NCBI GenBank assembly: GCA_964628585.1
Contig: CAZVMH010000006.1
Span: 1-61,340, forward strand
DNA from: an uncultured Candidatus Saccharibacteria bacterium
GTDB lineage: Bacteria > Patescibacteriota > UBA1384 > XYA2-FULL-43-10 > 1-14-0-10-43-13
DNA: 61,340 nucleotides
Reading direction: 5' to 3'
Below, piece after piece: positions 38,195 to 48,108 of this stretch. The notes under the pieces are model-generated. The model was not told where the DNA came from and ran no database searches. It saw only the letters and a program-made list of their open reading frames with translations. Within the stretch, counting starts at the first letter, position 1, and each line of letters starts with the position of its first letter. Made by a program: the position numbers and the translations under genes.

Positions 38195-38271
38195 CGGGGT
38201 GTGGCTCAGTTGGCTAGAGCACCGCGTTTGGGACGCGGGGGTCGTCGGTTCGAGTCCGACCACCCCGACCA
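38195..38271 (+). tRNA. tRNA-Pro(TGG)
   Basis: CGGGGTG/CACCCCG acceptor stem, CCGCG-TTTGGGA-CGCGG anticodon arm, CCA end. Confidence 0.96.
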
Positions 38272-38942
38272 TTCCGTACTTTGTAAATTTTTTTGAGTTT
38301 TTTTTCTACCACGGTGACTAGAGTATCATTGAATGTTTTGTGATGTCTTGATATATGCAAGTCGCAATTTGTGCAAAGTTTTTCAGGTTCATCAATCTGA
38401 TTTTTTTTTATGCCCAATTTTGTAAATTGATCTACATATGCACTCTTAAGATCAAAAGTATATTCCTTGGCTTCCTTCTTGGCAAATTCTGGATATAGGG
38501 AATGTAAGACTGACCACTTTAATTTTCTTATTATGCCATTATGGTCGTAGCATTTTTCACAAATTGAAGGTCCAAATATTATTTTCGTCTTATCTGCCGA
38601 TAGGTTTAATTTATTGATTTTTCGGATTAGCTTTTTTGTTAGATCTAAAAGTAACCCATCATATCCCATATGAATAAGTCCAAACCAATCGGTTCCTGGC
38701 CAGTATAGAATAGCAGGAATACAATCGGCAGTTTTTAAAAATATCGTAATACGAGGATCATTTGTTAAAAGACCGTCAGTTTTTATTACGGACGATTTAT
38801 CATTATCTAATATCTTAATATCGCCTCGATGGCTCGGGAATATCTTTGTCATATTAGATTTGTTCGCAAAATCTTCGTTTTTATCAGATATTAAAAACTG
38901 CCAAGAAATTGATTCATTTTTATTTTCAGAAATTTTATTCAT
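38214..38942 (-). CDS. YfiH/PgeF (laccase-like domain) family protein
   Basis: TDGL, TADCIP, IHMG, GPSIC, FDLK, CTNC; 3' end runs antisense through tRNA-Pro. Confidence 0.75.
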   Translation of the reverse strand: MNKISENKNESISWQFLISDKNEDFANKSNMTKIFPSHRGDIKILDNDKSSVIKTDGLLTNDPRITIFLKTADCIPAILYWPGTDWFGLIHMGYDGLLLDLTKKLIRKINKLNLSADKTKIIFGPSICEKCYDHNGIIRKLKWSVLHSLYPEFAKKEAKEYTFDLKSAYVDQFTKLGIKKNQIDEPEKLCTNCDLHISRHHKTFNDTLVTVVEKKLKKIYKVRNGRGGRTRTDDPRVPNAVL

Positions 38943-39059
38943 TTGTAATTATCATACATATTTAATATTGAATTTGGCAAATAAGAAACTTAGTCATAAT
39001 TCATTCGATCTTGTTAAAAGATCAAAAATTTGATATAAAATATAGGTGATCCTGGACTT

Positions 39060-39135
39060 GGATTGCTAGCTCAATTGGTAGAGCAGTGCCCTCTTAAGGC
39101 ATTGGTTCTGGGTTCGAGTCCCAGGCAATCCACCA
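39060..39135 (+). tRNA. tRNA-Lys(CTT)
   Basis: GGATTGC/GCAATCC acceptor stem, loop CT-CTT-AA, CCA end. Confidence 0.95.
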
Positions 39136-39136
39136 T

Positions 39137-39211
39137 GGCCTCATCGTCTAGTGGTTAGGACACCACGCTTTCAATGTGGCAACAGGGGTCCGATTCCCCT
39201 TGAGGCTACCA
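39137..39211 (+). tRNA. tRNA-Glu(TTC)
   Basis: GGCCTCA/TGAGGCT acceptor stem, loop CT-TTC-AA, CCA end. Confidence 0.95.
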
Positions 39212-39414
39212 AAAAAATCATCAATGAGAGTTGGTGATTTTTTTATTGCAAAAAAATACAAATTAGAGTATATTTTATTTAGCTTATTATTTTAAAAATA
39301 CTTCCTATATATCAATCTTATGGAAAGAAAAACGGGACAATTTGCTTAAGGGGACATTCTCAATCCATTTTTTGATTGATTTGGCTTTTCGCCAATAGGA
39401 TTTGAAAGGATCTT

Positions 39415-40938
39415 ATGGTTAATACTATTCTTACTGCCGTTGCTGGCTTATTTGTCGGTGGAATTTTGGCATTTGTGTTTTTTAATGTTCTGTCGGGGAA
39501 GAAAATTGCAAAAGCAAAAGAAAAAGCAGACAAAATTATTGATGAGGCCAAGACAAAAGAAAAAGAAATGTTACTTTCTGCTCGAGACGAGGCACTTAAA
39601 GAAAAAGAAAATGCAAAGAGGGACATGGTAGACAAAGAGCGACATTTGGAGAAAATTGAATCAGATTTGCGTCGTCGTGAAGGGAGTTTAGACAGTCGTT
39701 ATGACGAATTAGACAAGAATCAGAAACAACTTCATAGTAAAGAAAGACAAATTGAAGAGACAAAACAGCTTCTTCGTGATTTAAGAAAAAAACAGGAAGA
39801 TAGTTTGGAACGAATTGCAAAGATGACCAAAGAAGATGCAAAAAAAGTTTTACTTGATTTGGTTGAGAAAGAAGGTAAGGCAGAATTGGTAAAAAAAATT
39901 AAGGAGGTTGATTTATATGTAAAAGATGGAGCAGAAAAAGAAGCGACCAAAATTATTGTGACAGCCATGCAAAGAATTGCAGCTGAAACAGCGTCTGAAT
40001 CAACAATTTCGACCATCGATATACCGACAGATGAAATGAAAGGGCGAATTATTGGTCGTGAAGGAAGAAATATCCAATCATTTGAAAAATTGACTGGAGT
40101 TGATCTAATAATTGATGATACACCAGAGGCAGTCGTAATTTCTACATTCGATCCTATTCGAAGACAGGTAGCAAAAGTTACTCTTTCAGAGCTTGTGGCC
40201 GATGGTAGGATTAACCCTGCTCGTATTGAGGAAGCGTTTGAAAAGGCTAAAAAAATAGTATCGGCTGATATCAAAAAATCTGGAGAAGAAGCTGCTTACG
40301 AAGTTGGCGTAGCTGGTATGCCACCAGAAATTATTAAAATATTGGGACGACTAAAATACAGAACCTCTTTTGGTCAAAATCAGCTTCAGCATGCTATCGA
40401 AGTTGCTCGAATTGGTGCTTTAATTTCTGTTGAGGTTGATGCAGACACAGCTTTAGTGAAAAAAGCAGGGTTATTGCATGACTTGGGTAAAGCAGTTGAT
40501 CATGAGGTTCCAGGTTCACACGCAGTTATTTCTGCAGACATAGCTCGAAAGTTCAAATTGCCTAAAGAATTGATTCATGCTATTGAAGCTCATCATGAGG
40601 ATGTCCCAATTGAATCGGTTGAAGCCGCTATTGTTCAGATTGCAGATGCAATTTCCTCAGCTAGACCTGGAGCTAGACGCGAATCTCTTGATCTTCATAT
40701 TAAACGACTTGAAGAACTGGAACGTGTGGCAAATTCATTTCCTGGTATCGATAAATCATATGCTATTCAAGCTGGACGAGAAGTGCGCATTTTTGTTAAG
40801 CCAGAAGAGGTAGATGATTTACAGGCAGAAAAATTATCCAAAGAAATTGCTAAAAAAGTTGAAGAAGAGGTCCAATATCCTGGACAGGTTAAAATTCATG
40901 TAATAAGAGAGACAAAAGCAATCGAATATGCCAAATAA
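39415..40938 (+). CDS. rny: Ribonuclease Y
   Basis: N-terminal TM, coiled coil, KH domain (KGRIIGREGRNI), HD domain (LLHDLGK). Confidence 0.97.
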   Translation: MVNTILTAVAGLFVGGILAFVFFNVLSGKKIAKAKEKADKIIDEAKTKEKEMLLSARDEALKEKENAKRDMVDKERHLEKIESDLRRREGSLDSRYDELDKNQKQLHSKERQIEETKQLLRDLRKKQEDSLERIAKMTKEDAKKVLLDLVEKEGKAELVKKIKEVDLYVKDGAEKEATKIIVTAMQRIAAETASESTISTIDIPTDEMKGRIIGREGRNIQSFEKLTGVDLIIDDTPEAVVISTFDPIRRQVAKVTLSELVADGRINPARIEEAFEKAKKIVSADIKKSGEEAAYEVGVAGMPPEIIKILGRLKYRTSFGQNQLQHAIEVARIGALISVEVDADTALVKKAGLLHDLGKAVDHEVPGSHAVISADIARKFKLPKELIHAIEAHHEDVPIESVEAAIVQIADAISSARPGARRESLDLHIKRLEELERVANSFPGIDKSYAIQAGREVRIFVKPEEVDDLQAEKLSKEIAKKVEEEVQYPGQVKIHVIRETKAIEYAK

Positions 40939-40943
40939 AGATT

Positions 40944-41741
40944 ATGAAAAATAATTTGATAAAAATTTTATTTATTGGTGATATTGTGGGACGACCTGGA
41001 AGAAGATCTGTCAAGGAATTTTTAGATACAAATAAACAAAAATATGATCTTATTTTCGCCAATGCCGAAAATCTTTCTTCTGGTAGGGGGATTACAATCG
41101 AAAAATATCTGGAAACACTATCTTTTGGCATTGACTACTTTACTTCTGGTAACCATATTTGGTCCTACGAGGAATTTGTAGAGTATTTAAACGATCCGAA
41201 GATAAAAGTCCTACGCCCAGCCAATTATCCCGACTCCGCGCCTGGTAGGGGACTGGTAAAGATTCCTATTAAGGGTACCAAAGTTATTCTCGCTAACTTA
41301 CAAGGAAGGGTCTTTATGAAAGATGAGATTGATGATCCTTTCATTGTTGCTAAAGAAATTGCTAACACGAATAAAGATTCAATCATTATTATTGATTTTC
41401 ATGCAGAGGCCACAAGCGAAAAGATTGCTCTCGGGTATTATTTAGACGGAATGGTATCAGTTTTGGTTGGCACACATACACATATTCAAACAGCAGACGA
41501 GCATATACTTGAACATGGTACTGCTTATATCTCTGATATCGGAATGTGTGGGCCAGAGATTTCAGTTCTAGGTATTAAAAAAGAGATAATTATTGAAAAA
41601 TTCTTGACAGCGGTTCCAATATCCCATAAAGTAGCTAGAGGAGACAGTTTATTTAATGCAGTAGAAATTGAAATTGATATAGAAACAAAAAAAGCAGTAT
41701 CAATAAAAAGAGTAAAAGAAATTTTTAAGGTTAACAGTTAA
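40944..41741 (+). CDS. ymdB: YmdB/TIGR00282 metallophosphoesterase
   Basis: GDIVGRPG, NAEN, SGNH, DFHAEATSEK, GTHTH; typical position after rny. Confidence 0.92.
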   Translation: MKNNLIKILFIGDIVGRPGRRSVKEFLDTNKQKYDLIFANAENLSSGRGITIEKYLETLSFGIDYFTSGNHIWSYEEFVEYLNDPKIKVLRPANYPDSAPGRGLVKIPIKGTKVILANLQGRVFMKDEIDDPFIVAKEIANTNKDSIIIIDFHAEATSEKIALGYYLDGMVSVLVGTHTHIQTADEHILEHGTAYISDIGMCGPEISVLGIKKEIIIEKFLTAVPISHKVARGDSLFNAVEIEIDIETKKAVSIKRVKEIFKVNS

Positions 41742-41753
41742 AAAGGAGAAAAA

Positions 41754-42026
41754 ATGAACAAAAGTGAATTAATTAATGAAGTTGCAAGAGAAACCGGTCT
41801 CTCCAGAAGAGAGGCAGAGGTTGGGGTTTCTACTCTACTTGATTTGATTGTTAAAAAAATTACTAAAGGTGAAAAAATAACTTTAACAGGATTCGGTACT
41901 TTTGATGTGGGCAAAAGAAAAGCTAGAGCTGGTGTTAACCCTCGAACTGGAGATGCCATTAAGATTGCTGCTTCAAAAATGCCCCGATTTAAGCCAAGCC
42001 GAAGCCTTCGAAACCAAGTCAAATAA
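41754..42026 (+). CDS. hup: DNA-binding protein HU
   Basis: MNKSELI, GFGTF, GVNPRTG, PRFKP. Confidence 0.96.
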   Translation: MNKSELINEVARETGLSRREAEVGVSTLLDLIVKKITKGEKITLTGFGTFDVGKRKARAGVNPRTGDAIKIAASKMPRFKPSRSLRNQVK

Positions 42027-42150
42027 TTTTTGTATAGAATAATAAATTAAAAATCCCTCTTATGAGGGATTTTTAAAAAAAGCGAATGATTGCTATCGCA
42101 AATAATTCAAATTTTTGATAAAATATTATCGATCCAGTAATAGATAATTT

Positions 42151-42226
42151 GCCCCTGTAGCTCAGTGGATAGAGCGAGACACTCCTAACGTCTAGGTCGT
42201 AGGTTCAATTCCTACCAGGGGTACCA
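42151..42226 (+). tRNA. tRNA-Arg(CCT)
   Basis: GCCCCTG/CAGGGGT acceptor stem, loop CT-CCT-AA, CCA end. Confidence 0.93.
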
Positions 42227-42243
42227 TTTATTATGAGCATAAT

Positions 42244-42975
42244 ATGAAACATACCTCATCCGAAAAAATTACTAAAGCAAAGTCTGTATCAATACGCGCC
42301 TTAGTCGCAGTTGCAGGTGTGGTTTTTGGTTTATTAATTTCGGCTCAAATGCGTTCTGTGCCAGATAGAATAATAAATCCAATCTCTCCTTACACTAGTC
42401 TTAAGGAAACCAGAGATTCTTTATATGAAGAACAGGGTCAACTTAAGGAAAATATATTGAATTTACAGAAATCATTGAACCAAGCCGAAAAAAATACTTT
42501 AGAGGCAAAATTATCAAAAACAGAGCTGACTAACATTAAAAATAAAAAAGCTTTAGCCGGATTAACCGCATTAAACGGACCGGGTATTATTATTGAGCTA
42601 GACGACAGCAAAAGAGAACAAATGACAGAAGATTCTATTATTCATGCTGCCGATCTACGTGACATAGTAAATTTACTTTGGTCTTCTGGCGCAGAAGCAA
42701 TTTCAATTAATAACCAACGTGTAGTTGCCAATACTGCCATTGATTGCATTGTAAATACAATATTGGTTAACAATACACGATTAACTACACCTTTTAGAGT
42801 AGAAGCAATTGGAGATCAGAACAAAATGTATGAAAATATCATATCATTAGATAATCTGATCGGTCTTCATGAAAGACAGAAGAATAATGGTTTAATTTTT
42901 GATACATCAAAAAACAACGACATAACGGTTCCAGTTTTCGATGGTAGTTTTGATGTAAAATCGGAGACGAAATAA
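42244..42975 (+). CDS. DUF881 family protein
   Basis: TM, coiled coil, GPGIIIELDD, DLRDIVNLLWSSGAEAISINNQR. Confidence 0.88.
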   Translation: MKHTSSEKITKAKSVSIRALVAVAGVVFGLLISAQMRSVPDRIINPISPYTSLKETRDSLYEEQGQLKENILNLQKSLNQAEKNTLEAKLSKTELTNIKNKKALAGLTALNGPGIIIELDDSKREQMTEDSIIHAADLRDIVNLLWSSGAEAISINNQRVVANTAIDCIVNTILVNNTRLTTPFRVEAIGDQNKMYENIISLDNLIGLHERQKNNGLIFDTSKNNDITVPVFDGSFDVKSETK

Positions 42976-43616
42976 TGTTTAAAAAAGCAGACAAAATTAT
43001 CTTAGCTACAGTAGGATTTTTTCTAGGAATATTTTTTGTTACTCAATTTTATTCTACCCAAGCGATTAAGAAAGTTACTCAGCCAGAAAATAACGAAGTT
43101 ATTGTGCTTGAAGTGGCAAAATTATCGAAAACAAATGCTGACTTAAGAACAGAAGTAAAAACCTTAACAGTCAATCTGGACAGTTATAATAATTCAAATC
43201 AAACAGCTCAAGATACGCTATTGCAATATCAGAATGATATTGTTAGATATGATAACATAAATAGTGCAAAATCTATTTCAGGCCAGGGCGTAATTATTTC
43301 AATAGATGATATGCTTCTTATTCCTCAAATTGTTGATTTGGTAAATGCAATTAAAAATATCGGCTATGAGTCAATTCAGGTCAATAATGTCAGACTTTCA
43401 ATTAATACAAATTTGGGACAATTTTCTGGACTACCAAAATATGAAATTATTGTTCTGGGCAATAGTAAATTAATTAAATCTGCTTTAGAGAGAAAGGGTG
43501 GTATAATTGAACAAATTACTATCAATAAAAATAAATATTCTATTGAAGAGAAAACCAACCTTGAAATAAGAGAAGGAAAACCGTTACAATTAAAATATGC
43601 GAAAGTAGTTGATTAA
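42975..43616 (+). CDS. DUF881 family protein (divergent)
   Basis: TM, coiled coil, GQGVIISID, DLVNAIKNIGYESIQVNNVR. Confidence 0.8.
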   Translation: MFKKADKIILATVGFFLGIFFVTQFYSTQAIKKVTQPENNEVIVLEVAKLSKTNADLRTEVKTLTVNLDSYNNSNQTAQDTLLQYQNDIVRYDNINSAKSISGQGVIISIDDMLLIPQIVDLVNAIKNIGYESIQVNNVRLSINTNLGQFSGLPKYEIIVLGNSKLIKSALERKGGIIEQITINKNKYSIEEKTNLEIREGKPLQLKYAKVVD

Positions 43617-44637
43617 ACAAGGAAGAAAAATGAATCAAAAACATGAAATTTCGATCTCTCCCTGGTCAATAGTATCTGCTGTGTTAATATTAGTCTTAAT
43701 CTATTTTCTATATTTTATCCGTGATATTTTAGTCTTATTTTTTATTGTATTGATATTAGCAGCGACATTTAGACCTATTGTTAATCGTTGGGAAAAGAGC
43801 ATATATCGTCTTCCTGCAGTTTTATCACTGATTATTATTGCGGTTTTTATCATTGCCCTAATCTCTTATGTAGTCTTTCCACCATTAATTCTTCAGTTTA
43901 AAGAGTTCATTTCCTCTATACCCGATCTCATAAATAGATTTAATTTTTCAGAAAATTATAAAAAAGTATTGGTAGATAATACCAGGTCAATAGCAAATAA
44001 CCCGTCTGCAATAACTGGTGGTTTTATTAATATTACTACAGGGTTATTTGGTGGATTTGTTTCATTTATAACGGTAATTGTGCTTACAGTTTACTTACTT
44101 CTTGAAAAGAACGGTATAAATCATTTTGTTGCAAATCTATTTCCAGAAGAAAGGCAAAGTTCGGTTCTAAATATTACAAAAAAAATTGCTGAAAAAGTTG
44201 GAAGTTGGTTTAGGGGACAGATGCTACTTTGTCTATGTATGGGTATTATCTATTTTATTATTTTATCAATATTAAAGGTTCCATATGCCTTACCACTTGC
44301 AGTTATAGCAATGATTTTAGAAATTGTTCCAACAATAGGTCCTATTATTTCTGGAGTTATTGCAATGCTTGTGGCCTTAACCGTTTCGCCATTAGTAGCA
44401 ATTATTGCTGGAATTTTGTTTATTATTACTTCACAACTGGAAAATTCTTTTTTAGTACCAAAGATAATGCAAAAGGCGGTTGGTCTCTCCCCTATTATTA
44501 TTATTCTTGCAATAATCATTGGAGCAAAAATTTTAGGAATTGCCGGTGCATTGATCGCGGTACCTGTGGTTGCATCACTTTCAGTTATTGTAAAAGATTG
44601 GGCATTAATTAAAAAAACATTTCAACCCAATGGATAA
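43609..44637 (+). CDS. AI-2E family transporter
   Basis: Multi-TM; WFRGQ, EIVPTIGP, QLENSFLVPKIM. Confidence 0.88.
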   Translation: MIKQGRKMNQKHEISISPWSIVSAVLILVLIYFLYFIRDILVLFFIVLILAATFRPIVNRWEKSIYRLPAVLSLIIIAVFIIALISYVVFPPLILQFKEFISSIPDLINRFNFSENYKKVLVDNTRSIANNPSAITGGFINITTGLFGGFVSFITVIVLTVYLLLEKNGINHFVANLFPEERQSSVLNITKKIAEKVGSWFRGQMLLCLCMGIIYFIILSILKVPYALPLAVIAMILEIVPTIGPIISGVIAMLVALTVSPLVAIIAGILFIITSQLENSFLVPKIMQKAVGLSPIIIILAIIIGAKILGIAGALIAVPVVASLSVIVKDWALIKKTFQPNG

Positions 44638-45061
44638 TAGAAAAGCTAAAGAGTTTTTGAATAGAAAAGCAAATTTTGATTATAAAATAGAGGATACTTT
44701 TGAGGCCGGGATAGTCTTGCTGGGTAGTGAAATTAAAGCAATTCGGAATGGCAGAATTAATATTAATACTTCATATGCCAAAATAATCGGCGGTGAACTT
44801 TTTTGGATTGGCGGAAACTTTGATGTCGAAGGCGACAAGCAAAGGACAAAAAAATTACTGATTAAAAAAAATGAAATCAACAAATTGATTGGAAAAACCT
44901 CAGAACAAAACTATTCGATCATTCCAATTAAACTTTATTTAAAAAGAGGTCGAGCCAAACTTCTTTTAGGACTTGGTAAGGGTATGAAGAAATATGAAAA
45001 AAGAGATAAAATTAAAGATAGAGAGCAAGAACGTGATGTAAAACGTATTGTTGGCGTTTAA
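44630..45061 (+). CDS. smpB: SsrA-binding protein
   Basis: NRKANFDY, EAGIVLLGSEIKAIR, RTKKLL, GKGMKKYEKR. Confidence 0.93.
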   Translation: MDNRKAKEFLNRKANFDYKIEDTFEAGIVLLGSEIKAIRNGRININTSYAKIIGGELFWIGGNFDVEGDKQRTKKLLIKKNEINKLIGKTSEQNYSIIPIKLYLKRGRAKLLLGLGKGMKKYEKRDKIKDREQERDVKRIVGV

Positions 45062-45579
45062 TTTATTGAAAACTCACAGCCACAATATTTTTGACGGTAA
45101 ATATTAAATTCTTTCGAAAGTTCGAGAGATTTTTTATTGCAACCCAATGAATACAAATTAAATGACACATATTCTTTACTTATTCTTTTACCGATCTTAT
45201 TAATATCACTAGCTTTTTTATGCGGAGAAATTGTTAGAGTTGTTGAAAATTGCTTATTTCCAACATTATTAAAGATTCTCTTAAGTCGATATTCAAAGCA
45301 TCGTTTACATCTTTTTCCGCCTTCTGGTTCATTTCCAAATCCAGCAATGTGTTGAAGCCATTTTGAGTGCTCAACGTCATAATCACCTTTAACAATCTCT
45401 AGGGTGGCATCAATTATTTTTGCATATCGTTTTACCTCTTCAAACCTCTTTCGGTATTCTGACTTTGGAAAAATGTTTGGATTAAACCAAAATAGTTCGA
45501 TTTTATGTTCATCTTTTAAATAATCATACGCACCCGCTAAACATGGCGCACAGCAAGTGTGTAGGGACAACTTGTTCAT
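45058..45579 (-). CDS. queH: Epoxyqueuosine reductase QueH family
   Basis: HTCCAPC, FNPNI, EGGKRCKRC, YRQKYCGC. Confidence 0.88.
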   Translation of the reverse strand: MNKLSLHTCCAPCLAGAYDYLKDEHKIELFWFNPNIFPKSEYRKRFEEVKRYAKIIDATLEIVKGDYDVEHSKWLQHIAGFGNEPEGGKRCKRCFEYRLKRIFNNVGNKQFSTTLTISPHKKASDINKIGKRISKEYVSFNLYSLGCNKKSLELSKEFNIYRQKYCGCEFSIN

Positions 45580-45648
45580 AGTTTGTAAAGTAAAAAGTTT
45601 ATAAAGTTCTTAAAGTAAAATTAATATTCTTTAAAAGCCCTATGCAAT

Positions 45649-46596
45649 TTACGAACTGGATAACTTTTGAAATATCCTTAGTTTGGCACTACGGGAGCGG
45701 GGATTGATCAAAACTTCTTCGTTCGATGCGACTATTGGTTTTTTGGTTTCGATTTTAATAATTGGTTTTTTATTGCAAGCACAGGGCATATCTTTAGGGC
45801 ACTTACAGGGGTTTGCAAGATCAAAAAAGGTTTGCTTGACAATTCTATCTTCTAAAGAGTGAAAGGAGATTATGACAAACTTACTACTTGGCGATAGTAC
45901 ATCGCAAAAATCAATTATTGATTTGCCTAAGCCATCTAGTTCATTATTCGTTTCTATTCTTATTGCCTGAAATGTTCTGGTGGCAAAGTGGATTTTTCCA
46001 AACTGTTTTTTCTTAGGAATAGATTTTTCTACAATATATAGTAAATCGCCCACGGTTTTTATCGGTTTTTCTTTTCGAGTGGAAGCAATGTTATCGACAA
46101 TTCTTTTTGCATGTTTTTCTTCGCCATAGTCTCTTAGTATTTTCAGCAAATCAAACTTTGAGTATCCATTTACAACATCTTTTGCGCTAAAGGTCTGGGA
46201 CTGGTCCATTCTCATATCAAGTTCTTCATCTGGATTTTTGAAGGAAAAACCACGAGAAGTATCATCTAATTGCATTGAAGAAACGCCTAAGTCTAAAAGT
46301 GCTCCATTGATTTTATCGACACTCAACTTATCAAGTATATTTTTTAAGTTTTTAAAATCATCATGAATGAAAGTAAAAGAATCTGATAGTTTTTTGCTAG
46401 AGATATTTTTTTTCGATAAATTGATCGCAGACTGGTCTTTATCAATCGCAATGACTTGAGTTCCAGTTTTCTTTGCTATAGAAATGCTATGTCCAGCATT
46501 GCCAATCGTTCCATCAACAAAAATAGTATCTTTAATAGCTGAAAGATACGAAAAAATATTTACTATCTCATTCTCTAGGACTGGAATATGATTCAT
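45649..46596 (-). CDS. rsmH: 16S rRNA m4C1402 methyltransferase
   Basis: HIPVL, DGTIGNAGH, DLGVSSMQLD, FQAIRI, ISFHSLEDR, NPRSRSAKLR. Confidence 0.96.
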   Translation of the reverse strand: MNHIPVLENEIVNIFSYLSAIKDTIFVDGTIGNAGHSISIAKKTGTQVIAIDKDQSAINLSKKNISSKKLSDSFTFIHDDFKNLKNILDKLSVDKINGALLDLGVSSMQLDDTSRGFSFKNPDEELDMRMDQSQTFSAKDVVNGYSKFDLLKILRDYGEEKHAKRIVDNIASTRKEKPIKTVGDLLYIVEKSIPKKKQFGKIHFATRTFQAIRIETNNELDGLGKSIIDFCDVLSPSSKFVIISFHSLEDRIVKQTFFDLANPCKCPKDMPCACNKKPIIKIETKKPIVASNEEVLINPRSRSAKLRIFQKLSSS

Positions 46597-46631
46597 AAAA
46601 AGTTAAATACATTATGGTGGAGGTGGAGGGA
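46390..46631. repeat. 242-bp exact direct repeat (other copy 57384..57625)
   Basis: Covers rsmH 5' 207 nt, the 18-nt spacer and the last 17 nt of tmRNA; offset 10,994 bp; homology continues at lower identity to about 46887. Confidence 0.9.
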
Positions 46632-46887
46632 ATTGCACCCTCGTCCAAAAGGTTAGAAACATATTATCTACAAGCATAGTTCTGATTGGTGGTTTGAGAA
46701 ATAGATAGAAATCAGAACAAAAATCTACTTCTCTATCAGCTGTTTAACTTCAGTCTCTTTGCGCCTGACCCAAAGAGGTTGTAGCTCGAATTATTACACC
46801 CGTGGCTCCAGTTCGAGCAGACTAAAGACGGATGGTCGCGGCAATTAAGCAGCAACTGGCGCAAAGCTAGGAACTGCAAAAGCAGTC
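46615..46887 (-). pseudogene. ssrA: 5'-truncated, divergent tmRNA copy
   Basis: 3' end CCCTCCACCTCCACCA and tag end AFAVPSFAPVAA-stop are present; the 5' acceptor strand and resume codon are absent. Confidence 0.82.
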
Positions 46888-46911
46888 TTTTTTTCAATCC
46901 GGGTAATATTA

Positions 46912-48108
46912 TTACTGTGACTTTAGGGCCTGAAGAGGGCTTAGGCGGGCGGCACGAATTGCCGGATAGATTCCTGCAAAGAGGGCCAATCCGGTTGAGA
47001 CACAAAAAATAAATATTGCAAAATTTATTGGCATGATAAATAAAGTAAGGTCTTCTTCGATATTATTTGAACGAAGAATTACCAGAAGTATTACATTGAC
47101 AAGTTTCCCAATCAGCCAGCCTGTGAGTAAACCATATAGCGAGCTGGTAAAACCCATAATACCCGCTTCATAAAGAAAGATTTTGGCGATATCCCAATTA
47201 CTGGCGCCAACCGCTTTCATTATTCCAATCTCGTGAGTACGCTCCAGAAGCGAGATAGTCATAGTGTTGATAATCCCAATGGCCGCCACAAACAAAGCAA
47301 TTCCGCCAATTACGCCCAATATTATTTGAAAATAAAGAAACGCTTGATCTATCTGATCAACTAGATCTGAAATAGTAGTGGTCTGAAACCCCATACTTTC
47401 TATAATAGTTTTTGTTTCTTTTACGTATTTCCTGTCAGATACTTTTACATTCAATGTGTTATAAGATGTTACATCTTTGGTCTTTAAAATTGACAAGGGC
47501 ATGTAAACACTGTTTAGAGTTTCGTCAGCGGTAACTCCGACAACCTTCGCCTTAATTTCTCTCTCCTTAACCATTTCTTTATTCAAAAGACCGGTTACGA
47601 CTTTGAAATCGGTTTCTTTTCCGATTACTCCATCGGGGTCATTCTCTTTGCCAAACAATTTCAAAACCGCCTTCGATATAATAACTTCATTTTCTCCGTT
47701 TTTAAAGGTCTCCCCATTCGTTATAACCAGATCACTATATGGCAAACACTCTGCATTCATTCCCATTGCTATCACATCGCTTTGAGAATCGAAAAAGCTC
47801 ATCTGGGCGGGGTATTGCAGTTCAGGAGACACCCCTTGAATATTTGGTAAGCTCTTTATTTTTTCTATAATCGGTTCGTCAATTTTATTACTGTTTAAGC
47901 CTTCCTTTGAAGAAACCGTCAGCTTGGTTAAAGCGGTCAAGCTGGCAATTCTGGTAACCGAAATATGCTGCAAGCCCATACCCAAAGAAACCAAAATAAC
48001 GATCGCTGAAATGCTGACAATAACACCTAGCATAGTAAGACGAGATCTGATTTTGCTTCTAGATAAATTCCCCTTGGCGATTTTGTAGCAATCTGTAATT
48101 TTCATCAA
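46912..48108 (-). CDS. MacB/FtsX-family ABC permease
   Basis: LTMLGVIVSISA, periplasmic-type loop, ERTHEIGIMKAVGA, YPAIRAARL. Confidence 0.9.
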   Translation of the reverse strand: MMKITDCYKIAKGNLSRSKIRSRLTMLGVIVSISAIVILVSLGMGLQHISVTRIASLTALTKLTVSSKEGLNSNKIDEPIIEKIKSLPNIQGVSPELQYPAQMSFFDSQSDVIAMGMNAECLPYSDLVITNGETFKNGENEVIISKAVLKLFGKENDPDGVIGKETDFKVVTGLLNKEMVKEREIKAKVVGVTADETLNSVYMPLSILKTKDVTSYNTLNVKVSDRKYVKETKTIIESMGFQTTTISDLVDQIDQAFLYFQIILGVIGGIALFVAAIGIINTMTISLLERTHEIGIMKAVGASNWDIAKIFLYEAGIMGFTSSLYGLLTGWLIGKLVNVILLVILRSNNIEEDLTLFIMPINFAIFIFCVSTGLALFAGIYPAIRAARLSPLQALKSQ

